64,000 bases of DNA from Candidatus Zhuqueibacterota bacterium (GCA_963169875.1 CAUJEL010000172.1:22460-86459); one strand, 5' to 3'; counted from the first letter of the stretch, positions 8,761-19,612 are shown. Made by a program: numbers and translations. Notes: generated from the sequence alone by a model not told the origin.

Positions 8761-11700
8761 CTACCGGGCCACAACTGCCTTGCCGATGAGATCCGTCTCC
8801 TGGGTGCCATCTTCACCGCGGCTTTTGGCGTGCACGCGGAAGAGATAGACGCCGTTGGCGACCGGATCGCCATCGCCGTCGCTCCCATCCCACACTTCGG
8901 GATAGACATTGAAGCCGGTCATGGCGGACATGGCCGGAAACTTGCGCAGCAGGCGGCCGGCCACGGAGAACAATTGAATCTCCACGTCGGCATCGCGGCT
9001 CACTTCGAAAGTAAATTGAGTGCGGTCACGCATGGGATTGGGATAATTGAGGACGTTGCGCAAGGTCAGCCCGGTTTCAGCGATCACCTGAAAGGTGACC
9101 TCGGCATAACTTGAATTATTCGAATTGTCCCACGCCTTGATGCCCAGGGTATGCAAGCCTGGGGGCAAACCCGCAAGCGGGTACAACAATTCGCCTTTGC
9201 TGTAGCTGCCGCTTTGATACTGGAAGAATTCCGTGATGTTCTTGCCTTCCTCCTCATCCAGCGACATGACGATCTGATGCCCGATATCCCCGGCGATATT
9301 GACGCCGCTGACCGAGTCACTGATCGCCACATGCAGCACGGGATTCTGGGTGGTGTAATCGCCGGACTTGAAAGAGGGGTTGCCGAAATGCACCGCAATC
9401 TGCGGCCCTTCGCGATCGATCAAGTCCTGGGCCGATCCGCCCACCTTGAGATTGGTCATATAGCCGGTGCCATCGCCTTCCGCATTATGGAAATAGAGGC
9501 TGATGCGGCCATCGACACCGCCATAGGAGATATCCTTGGGCACAATAAAATCCACCTGAAATTGGCCATCGCTGCCCTGGGTGGCACCGCGGAAAATGGT
9601 GTTGCCGGAGAGCACGTAATCAATCTTGCGGCCGCCTTCGGTCTCATACTGGCGCGGTTTGCGCGCATCGAACACGCGCATCATCAATTGGCCGTTGAAT
9701 CCGTTCCAGTTTGCACCCTCCTTTTGAATAGTACCGTTGACGCGAATCCGTGTCAAGGCTTGCAGCGTGTCGCTGGGTGAAATGCTCGCCACGCTCGCCC
9801 TGAATTGCGGCGCGCGCAGCCGCATCGCCGGATCTCCCAGCAGCACGAATTTTTCATTGTTCACCTGGCTGGCGCTGGAAATGCGCTTGGCCATCATGAC
9901 CGCATCGCCCAATCGCGCCGTCTTGCCCGTGGACTCGTAGCTCGCAAAAAGATTATCAAAGAGTTGATAGTTAAAGTCCGCATTCTCCACGGAATAGACC
10001 AACCGCGCCGAGGAGACCATGCCGATGGCGCCGCGCCCCGCGATGTTCAACAACTCCTCGGCAAAACTCTGTTTCTGCGGCAGATCCCAATAGGCGAATT
10101 CACAGGTCGCCGCCACCCAAACCATATAGCGATTCTGATTCTGGATTTTTTCCAGATCGCTGGCCAGATTGAGAACATTTTCGTGGGTCAAGAGTTCATC
10201 CGCGCCGTGACCGATAAAATTGAAAAGAATCGTGCCTTCGTTGATACGATTGATGATGGCTTCATTGGCCAGCGGCTTGGTCACCCCGGAAATGCTCGCC
10301 GTGCGCACCGCGGGGTACTCCATGAGATAAATCTTGTGAACGTGAAGAAGCGACGGCACGTGATATTCAGCCAGTTGCTCGGACTGCCAGGTGTGCTCAA
10401 GCTCCTCGCCCTTGCCCCCGCTGGTCAGTTCATCATCCGCGACCACAGTGATGGTCTTTCGCCATTCGCCGGCCTCGGTCTTGGTTTCATACGTGATAAG
10501 CTTGTCAACCACCACCTGGGCCTCTTCAACGGATCGCACCGGCAAACGCCCGATCGCCATCTGCATCTTGTTCGAACTACCCAGGCTATAGGTGAACCAG
10601 TCATCTGTGGTGCGTGTGAGTATTTTGGAAGTTTCGTCGCTCTCGTAAGGCAAGATCAGATTCGGTGCACCGGATTTATAGAGATTGCGATAGTCATAAT
10701 GACCATCCCCGAGAAGCAGGACATAACCCGGCTTTCCCCATTCGCGGTAAGCATGGGCGAGAAAATCGCGAATCGCTGCGGGATCCAGCAGACCCCACGA
10801 AAATTCATCGTAGATGTCCGAAATCTTGACAACTTCCGTGTTCAGACGATCATCCGGATTCCAATCCTCGCGCAGGCTCTCCAGTTGCAAGGCCTGCTGA
10901 TAAAATCCGTCGTAGGTGATAATGATATAATCCACGTCCCGCGCCTGGCGCAGATCGGAGGCGCTGTCCTTGCGGATTTCGCCGACCGAACGGTAACTGG
11001 CAGGCGTGACCGCCAGATAACGTCTGGGAGCACTGGCGCTTCCCGCATCTGAAAAACGGATGGCGCGGTTGCTGATCTCCGCGTTCGTCAGCTGTGCCAC
11101 ATCCTGAAAATCGGTCACATCGTACAACGATATATCATCGCGGTTGAATTTGCTGACGAGATAATCGATGGTGCCGGATCGTACCGGCCCATAAAACATG
11201 AGGTTGTCATTGACGGCTTCAAAGCGTCTGCGGTATTCCACCTCAATCCAGTCAATATAAGCCTGACTGACATCGGATGAGATGGTATACTCCAGCCCGA
11301 TCTGATTGTTGCCGTCCATCAGCGCACCCGTGGCGCTATACTCGCCGATGCGCGTGATGTATCCGTTGCCGCTGGAACCACTCATCGTCAATGCGCCAAT
11401 GGCGTTGCCATTGGCATTCATTCTGAATTGATGCGAGCCGGAAGTGGTCGTAGCCAGTTGAAAACGGAACTGGGCCGGCTCGTCGACTTTAGCTCCGGGC
11501 AGGGAGAACACGGCCGTGTAGATATTTTTATCCCGCGCCAATTCGAATCCGAGCCAATCCGAACCCGACTTGTAAATATTGTTCTTTTCCTCTTCGCTCC
11601 AAGCGAGATCTTTAAAGCTGCTTTCTGGTACGCCGCTGCCGGGCGTCACGCTGCGTGCGCTCATCCGTTTGCCCCGGGTGTCGCCGAAGGTGAGCCAGTA

Positions 11701-12747
11701 GACGTTCTCATAACCATAATGGTTGATGTAATGATGCAATTTTCCATCACCACTGTTGTAGGAAAAACTTTCCAGAGAGCGCCCATAAAACAGGATATAA
11801 TCGGACTCGTCAAAACGGCCGTCTTCTTCACCCGCCACCAGAATGGCATGCTCCATCAAGGCATCCGGCCGCGCCGCTGATATGTTTTTCGGCAATTCAT
11901 ACCCGCCATTATTGAAGAGACGGATCGTGCGCGGATCCAGGGTGCTCACGGGGACTCCGGCTTTGCTCAATGCGGATGGCGTCACCTTGTAAATGCCATC
12001 CATGCCGCCCGTGCCATTGCCCTTGATGATGATCTTGTACCAGTTATCCCCCGCAAAAGAGGCTGCGGTTTTGGCCGCCCGTGAGGCCGATGTCCCCCGC
12101 CAGGCGCGCGCCTGATCGTAATTCAATAACAGGTTTCGATAGACCTCTTCCCCTGCACCTGTCGGATATGTTCCAGGAGGGTTGACCTGCGCTCCGGAGA
12201 ATGTGATCCGAACGACGATGCGCTGGTATTGGCGAATTTGCGCCCCGTTCTCACCGATCTGCAGGGGCGTGAAAACCAGGCGGGCGATTTTTTGATCGCG
12301 GAAAAACTCCGGCGTTGAGAGATGTACGGGGGAAGCATATTGCGCATTTTTATAGTTTTCAGCCTGTTCATCATACCTGATTTGTCCAGGGCCTTCGTCC
12401 CCGTCGATAAAGCCAACGGGCAAAACGCGCAACCCGGTGCGCACCACGAACGGAGCTTCGATAATCTGAACAGCAGCAGAACCATCGGCTGGCAATCCCA
12501 GCACAAAACTCCTCGATGGCTGTTGCGGCGATCCGGGTTCCGCGAAAATTTCACTGCCTGCGAAGCTGAATCGATGATACACGGCGCCCGAAACGGTCAG
12601 CGTGTCCACGCGCCACTGCTCCGGGGTGAACGTCACCACCATGTCATTCGCGGAAGAAGAGAGCACTTGCAGACCGCCGCGCCCGGCAGACCACGCAGCT
12701 ACGGTCACCATCCATAAAAGTATTTGTATTGCAGCAAAACGACGCAT
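8761..12747 (-). CDS. Secreted peptidase C25 (gingipain-like cysteine peptidase) with a T9SS C-terminal sorting domain
   Basis: Signal peptide MRRFAAIQILLWMVTVAAWSA starts from ATG 12747. The catalytic dyad context is 'IGHGADELL' ... 'VAATCEFAYW', with His and Cys about 35 residues apart as in gingipains. The C-terminal 'NYPNPM...GVYLFRVHA' is a T9SS CTD. The product is about 1328 aa. Confidence 0.8.
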   Translation of the reverse strand: MRRFAAIQILLWMVTVAAWSAGRGGLQVLSSSANDMVVTFTPEQWRVDTLTVSGAVYHRFSFAGSEIFAEPGSPQQPSRSFVLGLPADGSAAVQIIEAPFVVRTGLRVLPVGFIDGDEGPGQIRYDEQAENYKNAQYASPVHLSTPEFFRDQKIARLVFTPLQIGENGAQIRQYQRIVVRITFSGAQVNPPGTYPTGAGEEVYRNLLLNYDQARAWRGTSASRAAKTAASFAGDNWYKIIIKGNGTGGMDGIYKVTPSALSKAGVPVSTLDPRTIRLFNNGGYELPKNISAARPDALMEHAILVAGEEDGRFDESDYILFYGRSLESFSYNSGDGKLHHYINHYGYENVYWLTFGDTRGKRMSARSVTPGSGVPESSFKDLAWSEEEKNNIYKSGSDWLGFELARDKNIYTAVFSLPGAKVDEPAQFRFQLATTTSGSHQFRMNANGNAIGALTMSGSSGNGYITRIGEYSATGALMDGNNQIGLEYTISSDVSQAYIDWIEVEYRRRFEAVNDNLMFYGPVRSGTIDYLVSKFNRDDISLYDVTDFQDVAQLTNAEISNRAIRFSDAGSASAPRRYLAVTPASYRSVGEIRKDSASDLRQARDVDYIIITYDGFYQQALQLESLREDWNPDDRLNTEVVKISDIYDEFSWGLLDPAAIRDFLAHAYREWGKPGYVLLLGDGHYDYRNLYKSGAPNLILPYESDETSKILTRTTDDWFTYSLGSSNKMQMAIGRLPVRSVEEAQVVVDKLITYETKTEAGEWRKTITVVADDELTSGGKGEELEHTWQSEQLAEYHVPSLLHVHKIYLMEYPAVRTASISGVTKPLANEAIINRINEGTILFNFIGHGADELLTHENVLNLASDLEKIQNQNRYMVWVAATCEFAYWDLPQKQSFAEELLNIAGRGAIGMVSSARLVYSVENADFNYQLFDNLFASYESTGKTARLGDAVMMAKRISSASQVNNEKFVLLGDPAMRLRAPQFRASVASISPSDTLQALTRIRVNGTIQKEGANWNGFNGQLMMRVFDARKPRQYETEGGRKIDYVLSGNTIFRGATQGSDGQFQVDFIVPKDISYGGVDGRISLYFHNAEGDGTGYMTNLKVGGSAQDLIDREGPQIAVHFGNPSFKSGDYTTQNPVLHVAISDSVSGVNIAGDIGHQIVMSLDEEEGKNITEFFQYQSGSYSKGELLYPLAGLPPGLHTLGIKAWDNSNNSSYAEVTFQVIAETGLTLRNVLNYPNPMRDRTQFTFEVSRDADVEIQLFSVAGRLLRKFPAMSAMTGFNVYPEVWDGSDGDGDPVANGVYLFRVHAKSRGEDGTQETDLIGKAVVAR

Positions 12748-12784
12748 AATCCATCCAGTTTGTATTTGAGAGATAAGCCACTGA

Positions 12785-13252
12785 CTATTTGCTGAGGGGG
12801 CAATTGGCGGGCAGTTCATCGTCAGGGGATGGCATGGTGTAATTTACCAAAACAGCATCGACAGGATGTCTCTTCGCCCAAAATCGGTCGATCCGTTTCA
12901 AGACGATATAACCAATCACCAGTCCGATCGCAGCGCCCAGGATCCCGACACTCTGCGAGGTGTAATCTGAGGTATGCACAAGTTTCATAGCGATCCAATA
13001 TCCCAGCATCAGCATGATTAACGGAAATATGAACACCATCAAGGCGCCTCCAAGAACCTGACGCGGCGGTATCTCGAATTCAACCCTGGCGCCCACAGGG
13101 GCGTCAAGGTGATTATCCGCCCGTAAAGTGGGCATGTTCGTCTGCCCGGTCAACGAAAAACAGCCGTGGCAGCCGACACACGCCGGATTCTTCAGAACGC
13201 CGATCTCGGCAATCGACCCGGTTGTAGATAATATGATACCCGTTTGTCTCAT
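12785..13252 (-). CDS. RseC/MucC-family protein (SoxR-reducing system / sigma-E positive regulator-like)
   Basis: The N-terminal segment 'GSIAEIGVLKNPACVGCHGC' has the Cys pattern, followed by two TM helices, about 155 aa in all. Start ATG 13252 was chosen within the 186-aa track ORF. Confidence 0.55.
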   Translation of the reverse strand: MRQTGIILSTTGSIAEIGVLKNPACVGCHGCFSLTGQTNMPTLRADNHLDAPVGARVEFEIPPRQVLGGALMVFIFPLIMLMLGYWIAMKLVHTSDYTSQSVGILGAAIGLVIGYIVLKRIDRFWAKRHPVDAVLVNYTMPSPDDELPANCPLSK

Positions 13253-13349
13253 GCGCTTAAATTTAACAACTAAAACGGAAATATCAAAGAGTTGTATTAC
13301 AATTAAACAGAGGGTGATAGCTGTTTGTTCCCTGGCAATTACCACGAGA

Positions 13350-15746
13350 TCACAGCACTTTGATCCTGACTTCCGGGCTCAGGTGCTCTGCCTTATCCTG
13401 TACACCTTTGACCTGGAGACGAAATGTGCCCGTTTGCAGTTGCCAGCGCGCCTGAAAGGGCCAGCGCACTTTGACGTAAGAACTGTCATTGATCAACCAT
13501 TCGACTTCATGAATTCCGGATGGAACCACAGCCTGCAATACAATGGACTGGTACTCACGGCGAAGTATGGGATCGATTTTGAGTACATCCCCGTCATCCG
13601 GGAAAGAAATAGCCAGCCGTGGCGGGGCCTCTGATTCGGCGGGTGACATCTCTTCCGGAGGCTGGGGCAGTCGATTGGCAGCCATCCAGGAACGATATTC
13701 AGGCGGCCAGACCTCGAACACTTTGGACTCTTGCTGCGCAAACGGTGTTTCGCGGCCGGCGCGCAATCCATTACGCCGATCGATGACGATCCGCTGATGG
13801 ACCTTGCATGGGGCAACCGGCTGAGTGCCGCGGATGAACCATTCCTCAACCTGTCCCGGGCACGCTTCGCCGGGAAGGTTACCGGAGGCTGGACAGACCG
13901 CAATCTGAATGAGCCGTTCCGGTATGGGAAAAGGAGGGGGCTCCCGGTCTTTATAGATCTCGAGCATAATATCCCGAAACAGGGGCGCGGCGCCGGTGAT
14001 GCCGCTGATGCGCTGCATCGGATGTCCGTCGAAATTGCCCACCCAGACACCGACGGTATATTCGGGGGTATAACCGATCGTCCAGTTATCACGAAAATCC
14101 TTGGTAGTGCCGGTCTTGGCCGCGCAGACAAAGGGCAGATGTAAAGGTCCGCCCAGCCCAAACGCGGGCGCGCGCGCGCGATGGTCGCTGAGAATATCAC
14201 TGAGAATAAAGGCGATCATGGCCGGAAATATCTGCTCCTGTTTGCCGCCGCCGTCTTCTGCAGCGGGCATGGCCGCTGCCAGAAATGTCAGCGGTCTCCA
14301 GGTGCCGCCGCGGGCCAGCGCTGCATAGGCGTTGGTGAGATCGCGCAGAGTCACCTCACCATTGCCCAGCGTCAATCCGCTGCCATAAAATTGGGCCGGC
14401 TTGTTCAGCGTGGTGAGCCCGGCCAGCCGCAGCCGCTCCAACAGCAGATCACTGCCCAGCGCTTCCAGCAAACGAACCGTGGCCACATTATACGAACAGG
14501 CCAACGCGGTGCGCAAGCGAACCGGTCCGTGGTATTTTTCATCATAGTTGTGGACGGTGAAATCAGCACCCTCGCCGGAGGCATGGGTTTCGATATCGGC
14601 CAGCAGGCTTGCCGCGGTGTAGCCGTTTTCCAGGGCAAGACCATAGGTGAAGGGTTTGATAGCAGACCCGGGTTGCCGCAGCGCGCGCACGCCATCCACC
14701 TGTCCCTGATATTGCTCGGAAAAAAAATTTCGCGATCCAACCCAGGCTCTGACCGCGCCGCTGCGATTCTCGATGACCAGGGCGGCCGCGTTCGTCACGC
14801 GGTTTTTGCTGAGGTTCTCGATGTGGCCGTCCACCAGCTCCTCAATGCGCGTTTGCAGCGCCGCATCCAGCGTGGTGGTGATTTCCCGTTGTGTATCCTG
14901 TGCATCGCGCAGCTGCTCATAGAGCATTTGACAGAAATGGGGCGCGAGAAACACCTGTTTACGCGGCGCCAAGTGGAGCGACTGCGCCAGAGCACTCCGG
15001 TAGTCCGGCCCATCCACATAACCCAGCTTGTTCATGGCCGCCAGTACCTGATGCTGGCGTCTCACGGCGCGTTCAAATTGCGCATAGGGATTAAAACGGC
15101 TTGGCGACTGAGGCAATCCGCAGAGAAAGGCGGATTCAGCCAGAGAGAGGGCACGCGCCGGTTTGCCAAAATAGGTGCGACTGGCGGCCTCGATACCAAA
15201 GAGCTGATTGCCAAAAGGCGCGCGGTTGAGGTACTGCTCGAGAATCTCTTCCTTGCTCAATTGACACTCCAGCCGTAGCGCCAGCAGCGCTTCAAGTGGT
15301 TTGCAATACCAGCGCCGCGGCAGATGATACATCTGCCTGGCCAATTGCTGCGTCAGCGTGGAGCCGCCTGAAACCACCTCCCGGCTTCGCAGATTGAGCC
15401 ACAACGCCCGCGCCGTCGCCAGGGGATCAATGCCAGGATGGTTGAAAAAGCGCTTGTCTTCCACAGCGACAATGGCTTGCGAAACAGACGCCGCCATCTC
15501 CCGCGCCGGCGTCCAGATGCCTCGTCCCTGTTCATTGGAAAGCACTTCCCGCAGCAGCACACCGCGGTGATCCAAAAAACGCCACGACAGCATCTTGCTG
15601 TTGTCGCGCCGCTCCGCATCGAGCGGGAACAGCAGAAAAAATCCGGCGGATAACAGACCGGCCGCAAGGATACCATATTTTCTTTTAAGGCTCACATGCT
15701 CACCTGTTTTATCCCTGTAATTTAGTAAATTTCCGCAGCAAAACAA
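13350..15746 (-). CDS. pbpC: Penicillin-binding protein 1C (bifunctional transglycosylase/transpeptidase)
   Basis: The GT51 motifs are 'EDKRFFNHPGID' and 'GGSTLTQQLAR', the transpeptidase motifs are 'SAIKPF', 'SYN' and 'KTGTT', and a C-terminal PbpC domain is present. The product is about 798 aa. The start is ambiguous between ATG 15746 and GTG near 15692. Confidence 0.85.
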   Translation of the reverse strand: MFCCGNLLNYRDKTGEHVSLKRKYGILAAGLLSAGFFLLFPLDAERRDNSKMLSWRFLDHRGVLLREVLSNEQGRGIWTPAREMAASVSQAIVAVEDKRFFNHPGIDPLATARALWLNLRSREVVSGGSTLTQQLARQMYHLPRRWYCKPLEALLALRLECQLSKEEILEQYLNRAPFGNQLFGIEAASRTYFGKPARALSLAESAFLCGLPQSPSRFNPYAQFERAVRRQHQVLAAMNKLGYVDGPDYRSALAQSLHLAPRKQVFLAPHFCQMLYEQLRDAQDTQREITTTLDAALQTRIEELVDGHIENLSKNRVTNAAALVIENRSGAVRAWVGSRNFFSEQYQGQVDGVRALRQPGSAIKPFTYGLALENGYTAASLLADIETHASGEGADFTVHNYDEKYHGPVRLRTALACSYNVATVRLLEALGSDLLLERLRLAGLTTLNKPAQFYGSGLTLGNGEVTLRDLTNAYAALARGGTWRPLTFLAAAMPAAEDGGGKQEQIFPAMIAFILSDILSDHRARAPAFGLGGPLHLPFVCAAKTGTTKDFRDNWTIGYTPEYTVGVWVGNFDGHPMQRISGITGAAPLFRDIMLEIYKDREPPPFPIPERLIQIAVCPASGNLPGEACPGQVEEWFIRGTQPVAPCKVHQRIVIDRRNGLRAGRETPFAQQESKVFEVWPPEYRSWMAANRLPQPPEEMSPAESEAPPRLAISFPDDGDVLKIDPILRREYQSIVLQAVVPSGIHEVEWLINDSSYVKVRWPFQARWQLQTGTFRLQVKGVQDKAEHLSPEVRIKVL

Positions 15747-16001
15747 GATTTATGTCCATGATGCAACGGTGCACGCCGGCATCACCGTTTTTCCTTGATA
15801 ATGAAGGAAAATTTGTTTAGCTTTTCAAGTCGATCCGAATCAAAAGGGTGCAAAAAGCATGCAGTCTTGTTTTCGCTTGAAGGGCATATTACCTCCTCAA
15901 TGTCCCCATTTTGTTTTTTCAATTCCGCTATTCATTACTCCTTCTCCTTTGATGTCGGACCAATCGGATTTTAATATTCAACCAGCACAGGAGACATCCT
16001 C

Positions 16002-17186
16002 ATGAATTATGAAAAGCTCTTTGCCGACCGCACCAAAAACATGGGCGCCAATATCATTCGTGAAATCCTCAAGGTGGTATCCCAACCCGGCATGATTTCA
16101 TTGGCGGGCGGCATTCCAGCTCCGCAGAGCATTCCGCTGGATTTGATTCAGGAGTTGACCAGTACGGTATTGAAAAAATATGGCGCCAGGGCGCTGCAGT
16201 ATGATCTGACCGAGGGATTCATCCCTCTGCGTGAGGCCCTGGTCCCTTACCTGGCGAACAAGGGCATCCACACAACCGTGCCAGAGGTTTGTATCTCGAG
16301 TGGTTCTCAGGGTGTGCTCGATGCACTCGGCAAAGTATTAATCTCGCCAGGCGATGAGATCGCTGTGGAAGCGCCCACCTATCTCGGTGCCATCTCCGCG
16401 TTCAATCCTTATGGTCCCAAATATGTGTGCATTGACATGGATGAAGAAGGCATCATTCCTGAAGCGCTGGAAAAAGTCATCGCCACACACAACATAAAAT
16501 TTGTCTATCTGGTGCCGACGTTTCAAAATCCAACCGGACGCTCTTTGAGTCTCGCCCGCCGTCACATCATCGCTGAAATTATCGCAAAAAATGATCTGCT
16601 GCTGATTGAAGATGACCCTTACAGCGATCTGCGTTACCGGGGCGAACCGCTGCCGACCTTTTACTCTCTCATCCCTGGCCATGTTCTCTATACCACTACC
16701 TTGTCGAAAGTATTCGCACCAGGACTGCGCATCGGCATCTATATCGGTCCCGAACCGGTGCGAAAATGGCTGATTCTGGCCAAGCAGGGAATCGATCTGC
16801 ACTCGAGCACGTTCAATCAAGCCCTGGCCGCTGAATATGTGCTGGGCGGCTATCTGCAAAAGCAGATACCCAAAATCGTCAGCCTCTATAAACCGCGACA
16901 GGAAGCCATGTTGAAAGCCATGGACCAATTTTTCCCGGCCTCGTATAAATATTCCAAACCCGAAGGCGGCATGTTCATCTGGGCCGAAGGACCCCAGGAA
17001 GATGACACGGAAAAACTCTATTGGAAATGCGTCGAGCGCAAAGCCGCCTATGTGCCGGGGAAATTTTTCTTTCCCAATCCGGGACAGGGCCTGGCAACCA
17101 TGCGGCTGAATTATACCATGAGTAATGAAGATGAAATAGAAAAAGCGATTCAGATCATCGCCGATGTTCTCAAGGAAGGATTATAA
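16002..17186 (+). CDS. PLP-dependent aminotransferase (class I/II, ARO8/LysN-like)
   Basis: The 394-aa product has a fold-type I aminotransferase pattern with the Lys region 'TLSKVFAPGLRIG'. An AGGAGA RBS lies upstream. Confidence 0.85.
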   Translation: MNYEKLFADRTKNMGANIIREILKVVSQPGMISLAGGIPAPQSIPLDLIQELTSTVLKKYGARALQYDLTEGFIPLREALVPYLANKGIHTTVPEVCISSGSQGVLDALGKVLISPGDEIAVEAPTYLGAISAFNPYGPKYVCIDMDEEGIIPEALEKVIATHNIKFVYLVPTFQNPTGRSLSLARRHIIAEIIAKNDLLLIEDDPYSDLRYRGEPLPTFYSLIPGHVLYTTTLSKVFAPGLRIGIYIGPEPVRKWLILAKQGIDLHSSTFNQALAAEYVLGGYLQKQIPKIVSLYKPRQEAMLKAMDQFFPASYKYSKPEGGMFIWAEGPQEDDTEKLYWKCVERKAAYVPGKFFFPNPGQGLATMRLNYTMSNEDEIEKAIQIIADVLKEGL

Positions 17187-17227
17187 TCGTTTATCATCCA
17201 CACAAAAGCAATCAACAGGAGGTTGTT

Positions 17228-18850
17228 TTGAACCGTAGACTAATTTTCTGGCTCAGCTGCGCATTCATCATGCTCTCATCGCTCACAGCATCGGCTTGCA
17301 CCAATTTTCTGGTCACACGCGGCGCCTCGGCGGACAGTTCCACCATGATCACCTACGCCGCTGATTCGCATACGTTATACGGCGAACTCTACCATATACC
17401 CGCAGGCAAGCATGTTGAAGGAACTCTCATCGATGTCCACGAATGGGATACCGGAAAATATCTTGGCAAAATCAAACAGGTCGCCGAGACCTACTCGGTA
17501 ATAGGTAATATTAACGAACATCAGCTCGCCATCGGCGAAACGACCTTTGGCGGACGCGGAGAACTGCACGATCCCAAAGGCACGGTCGATTATGGCAGCC
17601 TGATGTATCTCGCCTTGCAGCGCGCCAGAACCGCCCGGGAAGCCATCAAGGTCATGACCGATCTGGTGGCTGAATATGGCTATTGCAGCGAGGGCGAATC
17701 CTTCTCCATATCGGATCCCAAGGAAGTCTGGATCATGGAGATGATCGGCAAAGGCGAAGGGAATAAAGGCGCCGTGTGGGTCGCCCGCCGCGTGCCGGAT
17801 GGATACATCTGCGGACATGCCAATCAGGCGCGTATACGGCAGTTCCCCCTCAATGATCCGCAGAATTGCCTCTATGCCAAAGACATCATCTCTTTTGCCA
17901 AAGAAAAGGGATACTTTAGCGGCCAGGACCGGGACTTTAGTTTTGTCGACGCCTACGCGCCCGTGGATTTCGGCGCGCAGCGTTTCTGCGAATCCCGCGT
18001 CTGGAGCGGGTTCCGCCGTGCCGCCCCATCCTTGAACTTGCCAATCGATTACGCCAAAGGTGCTCCGGGAAGTGAACCCCTGCCCTTGTGGATCAAACCG
18101 GACAAAAAGCTCAGCGTCCGCGACGTCATGGAACTCATGCGCGATCACTTTGAAGGCACTGAACTGGACATGACCAAAGATGTCGGAGCAGGCCCCTACT
18201 GCCTGCCTTATCGTTGGCGGCCATTGACCTGGGAGGTTGACAGCGTCACCTATGTCAATGAACGCGCCATTTCCACCCAGCAGACCGGTTTTTCATTTGT
18301 CGCCCAATCGCGCGCCAATTTGCCCGATCCCATCGGCGGCATCCTCTGGTTCAGCGTCGATGACACCTACAGCACGGTCTATGTGCCCATGTACTGCGGC
18401 ATTACGCAAATACCCTATAACTTTGCGGTCGGCACAGGCTCCTTTAACGAATTCTCCTGGGACTCTGCATTTTGGGTGTTCAATTTTGTCGCCAATTTTG
18501 CCTATTCCCGCTACAGCGAGATGATCGTCGATATTCAAAAACTGCAACGGGAGTTGGAAGGCACTTTTCTGGAGCAGGTGCCGGAAGTCGATCGTGCGGC
18601 GCTCGCATTATACAAAGACTCCCCCCTGCTGGCAAGAGATTATCTGACCGAATACTCTGTCAAAAGCGGAGCCGAAACAGTAGCGCGCTGGAAAAAAATG
18701 GGGGAGTCTCTACTGGTCAAGTATCTCGATGGCAATCTCAGGGATGAACATGGCAAGGTCAAACATCCGGGGTACCCGCCGGCCTGGTATCGCGTCATCG
18801 CCGGCCAGACCGGGGATCAATTGAAAGAAATCCCCTGGCCGAAAAAATAA
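17228..18850 (+). CDS. Secreted C69-family dipeptidase (Ntn hydrolase)
   Basis: A signal peptide is followed by 'ACTNFLV', the catalytic Cys at the mature N-terminus that is typical of C69. The start is TTG with an AGGAGG RBS 5 nt upstream. Confidence 0.8.
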   Translation: MNRRLIFWLSCAFIMLSSLTASACTNFLVTRGASADSSTMITYAADSHTLYGELYHIPAGKHVEGTLIDVHEWDTGKYLGKIKQVAETYSVIGNINEHQLAIGETTFGGRGELHDPKGTVDYGSLMYLALQRARTAREAIKVMTDLVAEYGYCSEGESFSISDPKEVWIMEMIGKGEGNKGAVWVARRVPDGYICGHANQARIRQFPLNDPQNCLYAKDIISFAKEKGYFSGQDRDFSFVDAYAPVDFGAQRFCESRVWSGFRRAAPSLNLPIDYAKGAPGSEPLPLWIKPDKKLSVRDVMELMRDHFEGTELDMTKDVGAGPYCLPYRWRPLTWEVDSVTYVNERAISTQQTGFSFVAQSRANLPDPIGGILWFSVDDTYSTVYVPMYCGITQIPYNFAVGTGSFNEFSWDSAFWVFNFVANFAYSRYSEMIVDIQKLQRELEGTFLEQVPEVDRAALALYKDSPLLARDYLTEYSVKSGAETVARWKKMGESLLVKYLDGNLRDEHGKVKHPGYPPAWYRVIAGQTGDQLKEIPWPKK

Positions 18851-18941
18851 TCCGCTGCGATAAACAATTTGCAGGACAACCTGGCTGTCTGCTCCGGGAC
18901 AGCCAGGTTTTATGATAATTCTCTATTGAAAGGATTTTCAC

Positions 18942-19502
18942 GTGGATTGGCCAACCCTCATCACAGGCATTATCGTTTGCCTCGCCAGAATTGCGGACGT
19001 CACACTGGGGACCGTACGCACCATCAGCATAGTCCATGGCCGCACCAAAACCGCTTTCCTGCTGGGATTCGTCGAGATCAGCCTGTGGATCTTTGTGGTC
19101 GCCAAAGTACTGCAGGAAGTGGCGACGAAACCGGTTTTGGCCCTGTTTTATGCTTTGGGCTTTTCAACAGGAAACGTCGTAGGCATTCTTCTGGAAAAAA
19201 GAATTGCCTTTGGCTATACCGTTCTGCGTGTGATCAGCCAGGAAAAAGGGGAATCCATCGCTGAACAGCTGCGCACGGCGGGTTATGCAGTAACCACGTT
19301 CCTCGGTGAAGGCATGAGCGGGCCGGTTTGCATGATCTATGTGGTCATCCCGCGCAAGGAATTGAACGGTGTCCTCTCCATGGTGAAGGAGATTTCTCCC
19401 GAGGCATTCTATATCACCGAACGCGCCGGAAGCGTCAGCAAAATCTACCGGCCCACCATGCAGCCAAGCACAGGCTGGCGGGCGGTCATGAAGAAAAAAT
19501 AA
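18942..19502 (+). CDS. UPF0316/DUF2179-family membrane protein
   Basis: Two N-terminal TM helices are followed by a soluble domain, 186 aa in all, from a GTG start. The family assignment is from memory and was not verified. Confidence 0.45.
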   Translation: MDWPTLITGIIVCLARIADVTLGTVRTISIVHGRTKTAFLLGFVEISLWIFVVAKVLQEVATKPVLALFYALGFSTGNVVGILLEKRIAFGYTVLRVISQEKGESIAEQLRTAGYAVTTFLGEGMSGPVCMIYVVIPRKELNGVLSMVKEISPEAFYITERAGSVSKIYRPTMQPSTGWRAVMKKK

Positions 19503-19540
19503 AAAAAGCCGCAGAGTCCATATCGCTCTGCGGCTAAAAT
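19501..19540. terminator. Bidirectional rho-independent terminator
   Basis: The sequence reads AAAAAAAGCCGCAGAGtccatatcgCTCTGCGGCtaaaat. It lies between convergent genes 18942..19502 (+) and 19613..20404 (-). Confidence 0.7.
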
Positions 19541-19612
19541 AGACGCGTTCCCTTTCAACCCGTCACACCCAACGTGGACACCCGGGAGAACGCGTCACAA
19601 CCCTTGAAATCA

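Noticed and set aside
9805-11052. A 415-aa plus-strand ORF, and further ORFs of 66-209 aa, inside the C25 peptidase gene.
   Set aside because: They are antisense to a gene with a signal peptide, a catalytic His/Cys dyad and a T9SS CTD. No start context supports them.
14181-15278. A 365-aa plus-strand ORF antisense to pbpC.
   Set aside because: This is a shadow ORF. PBP1C motifs are unambiguous on the minus strand.
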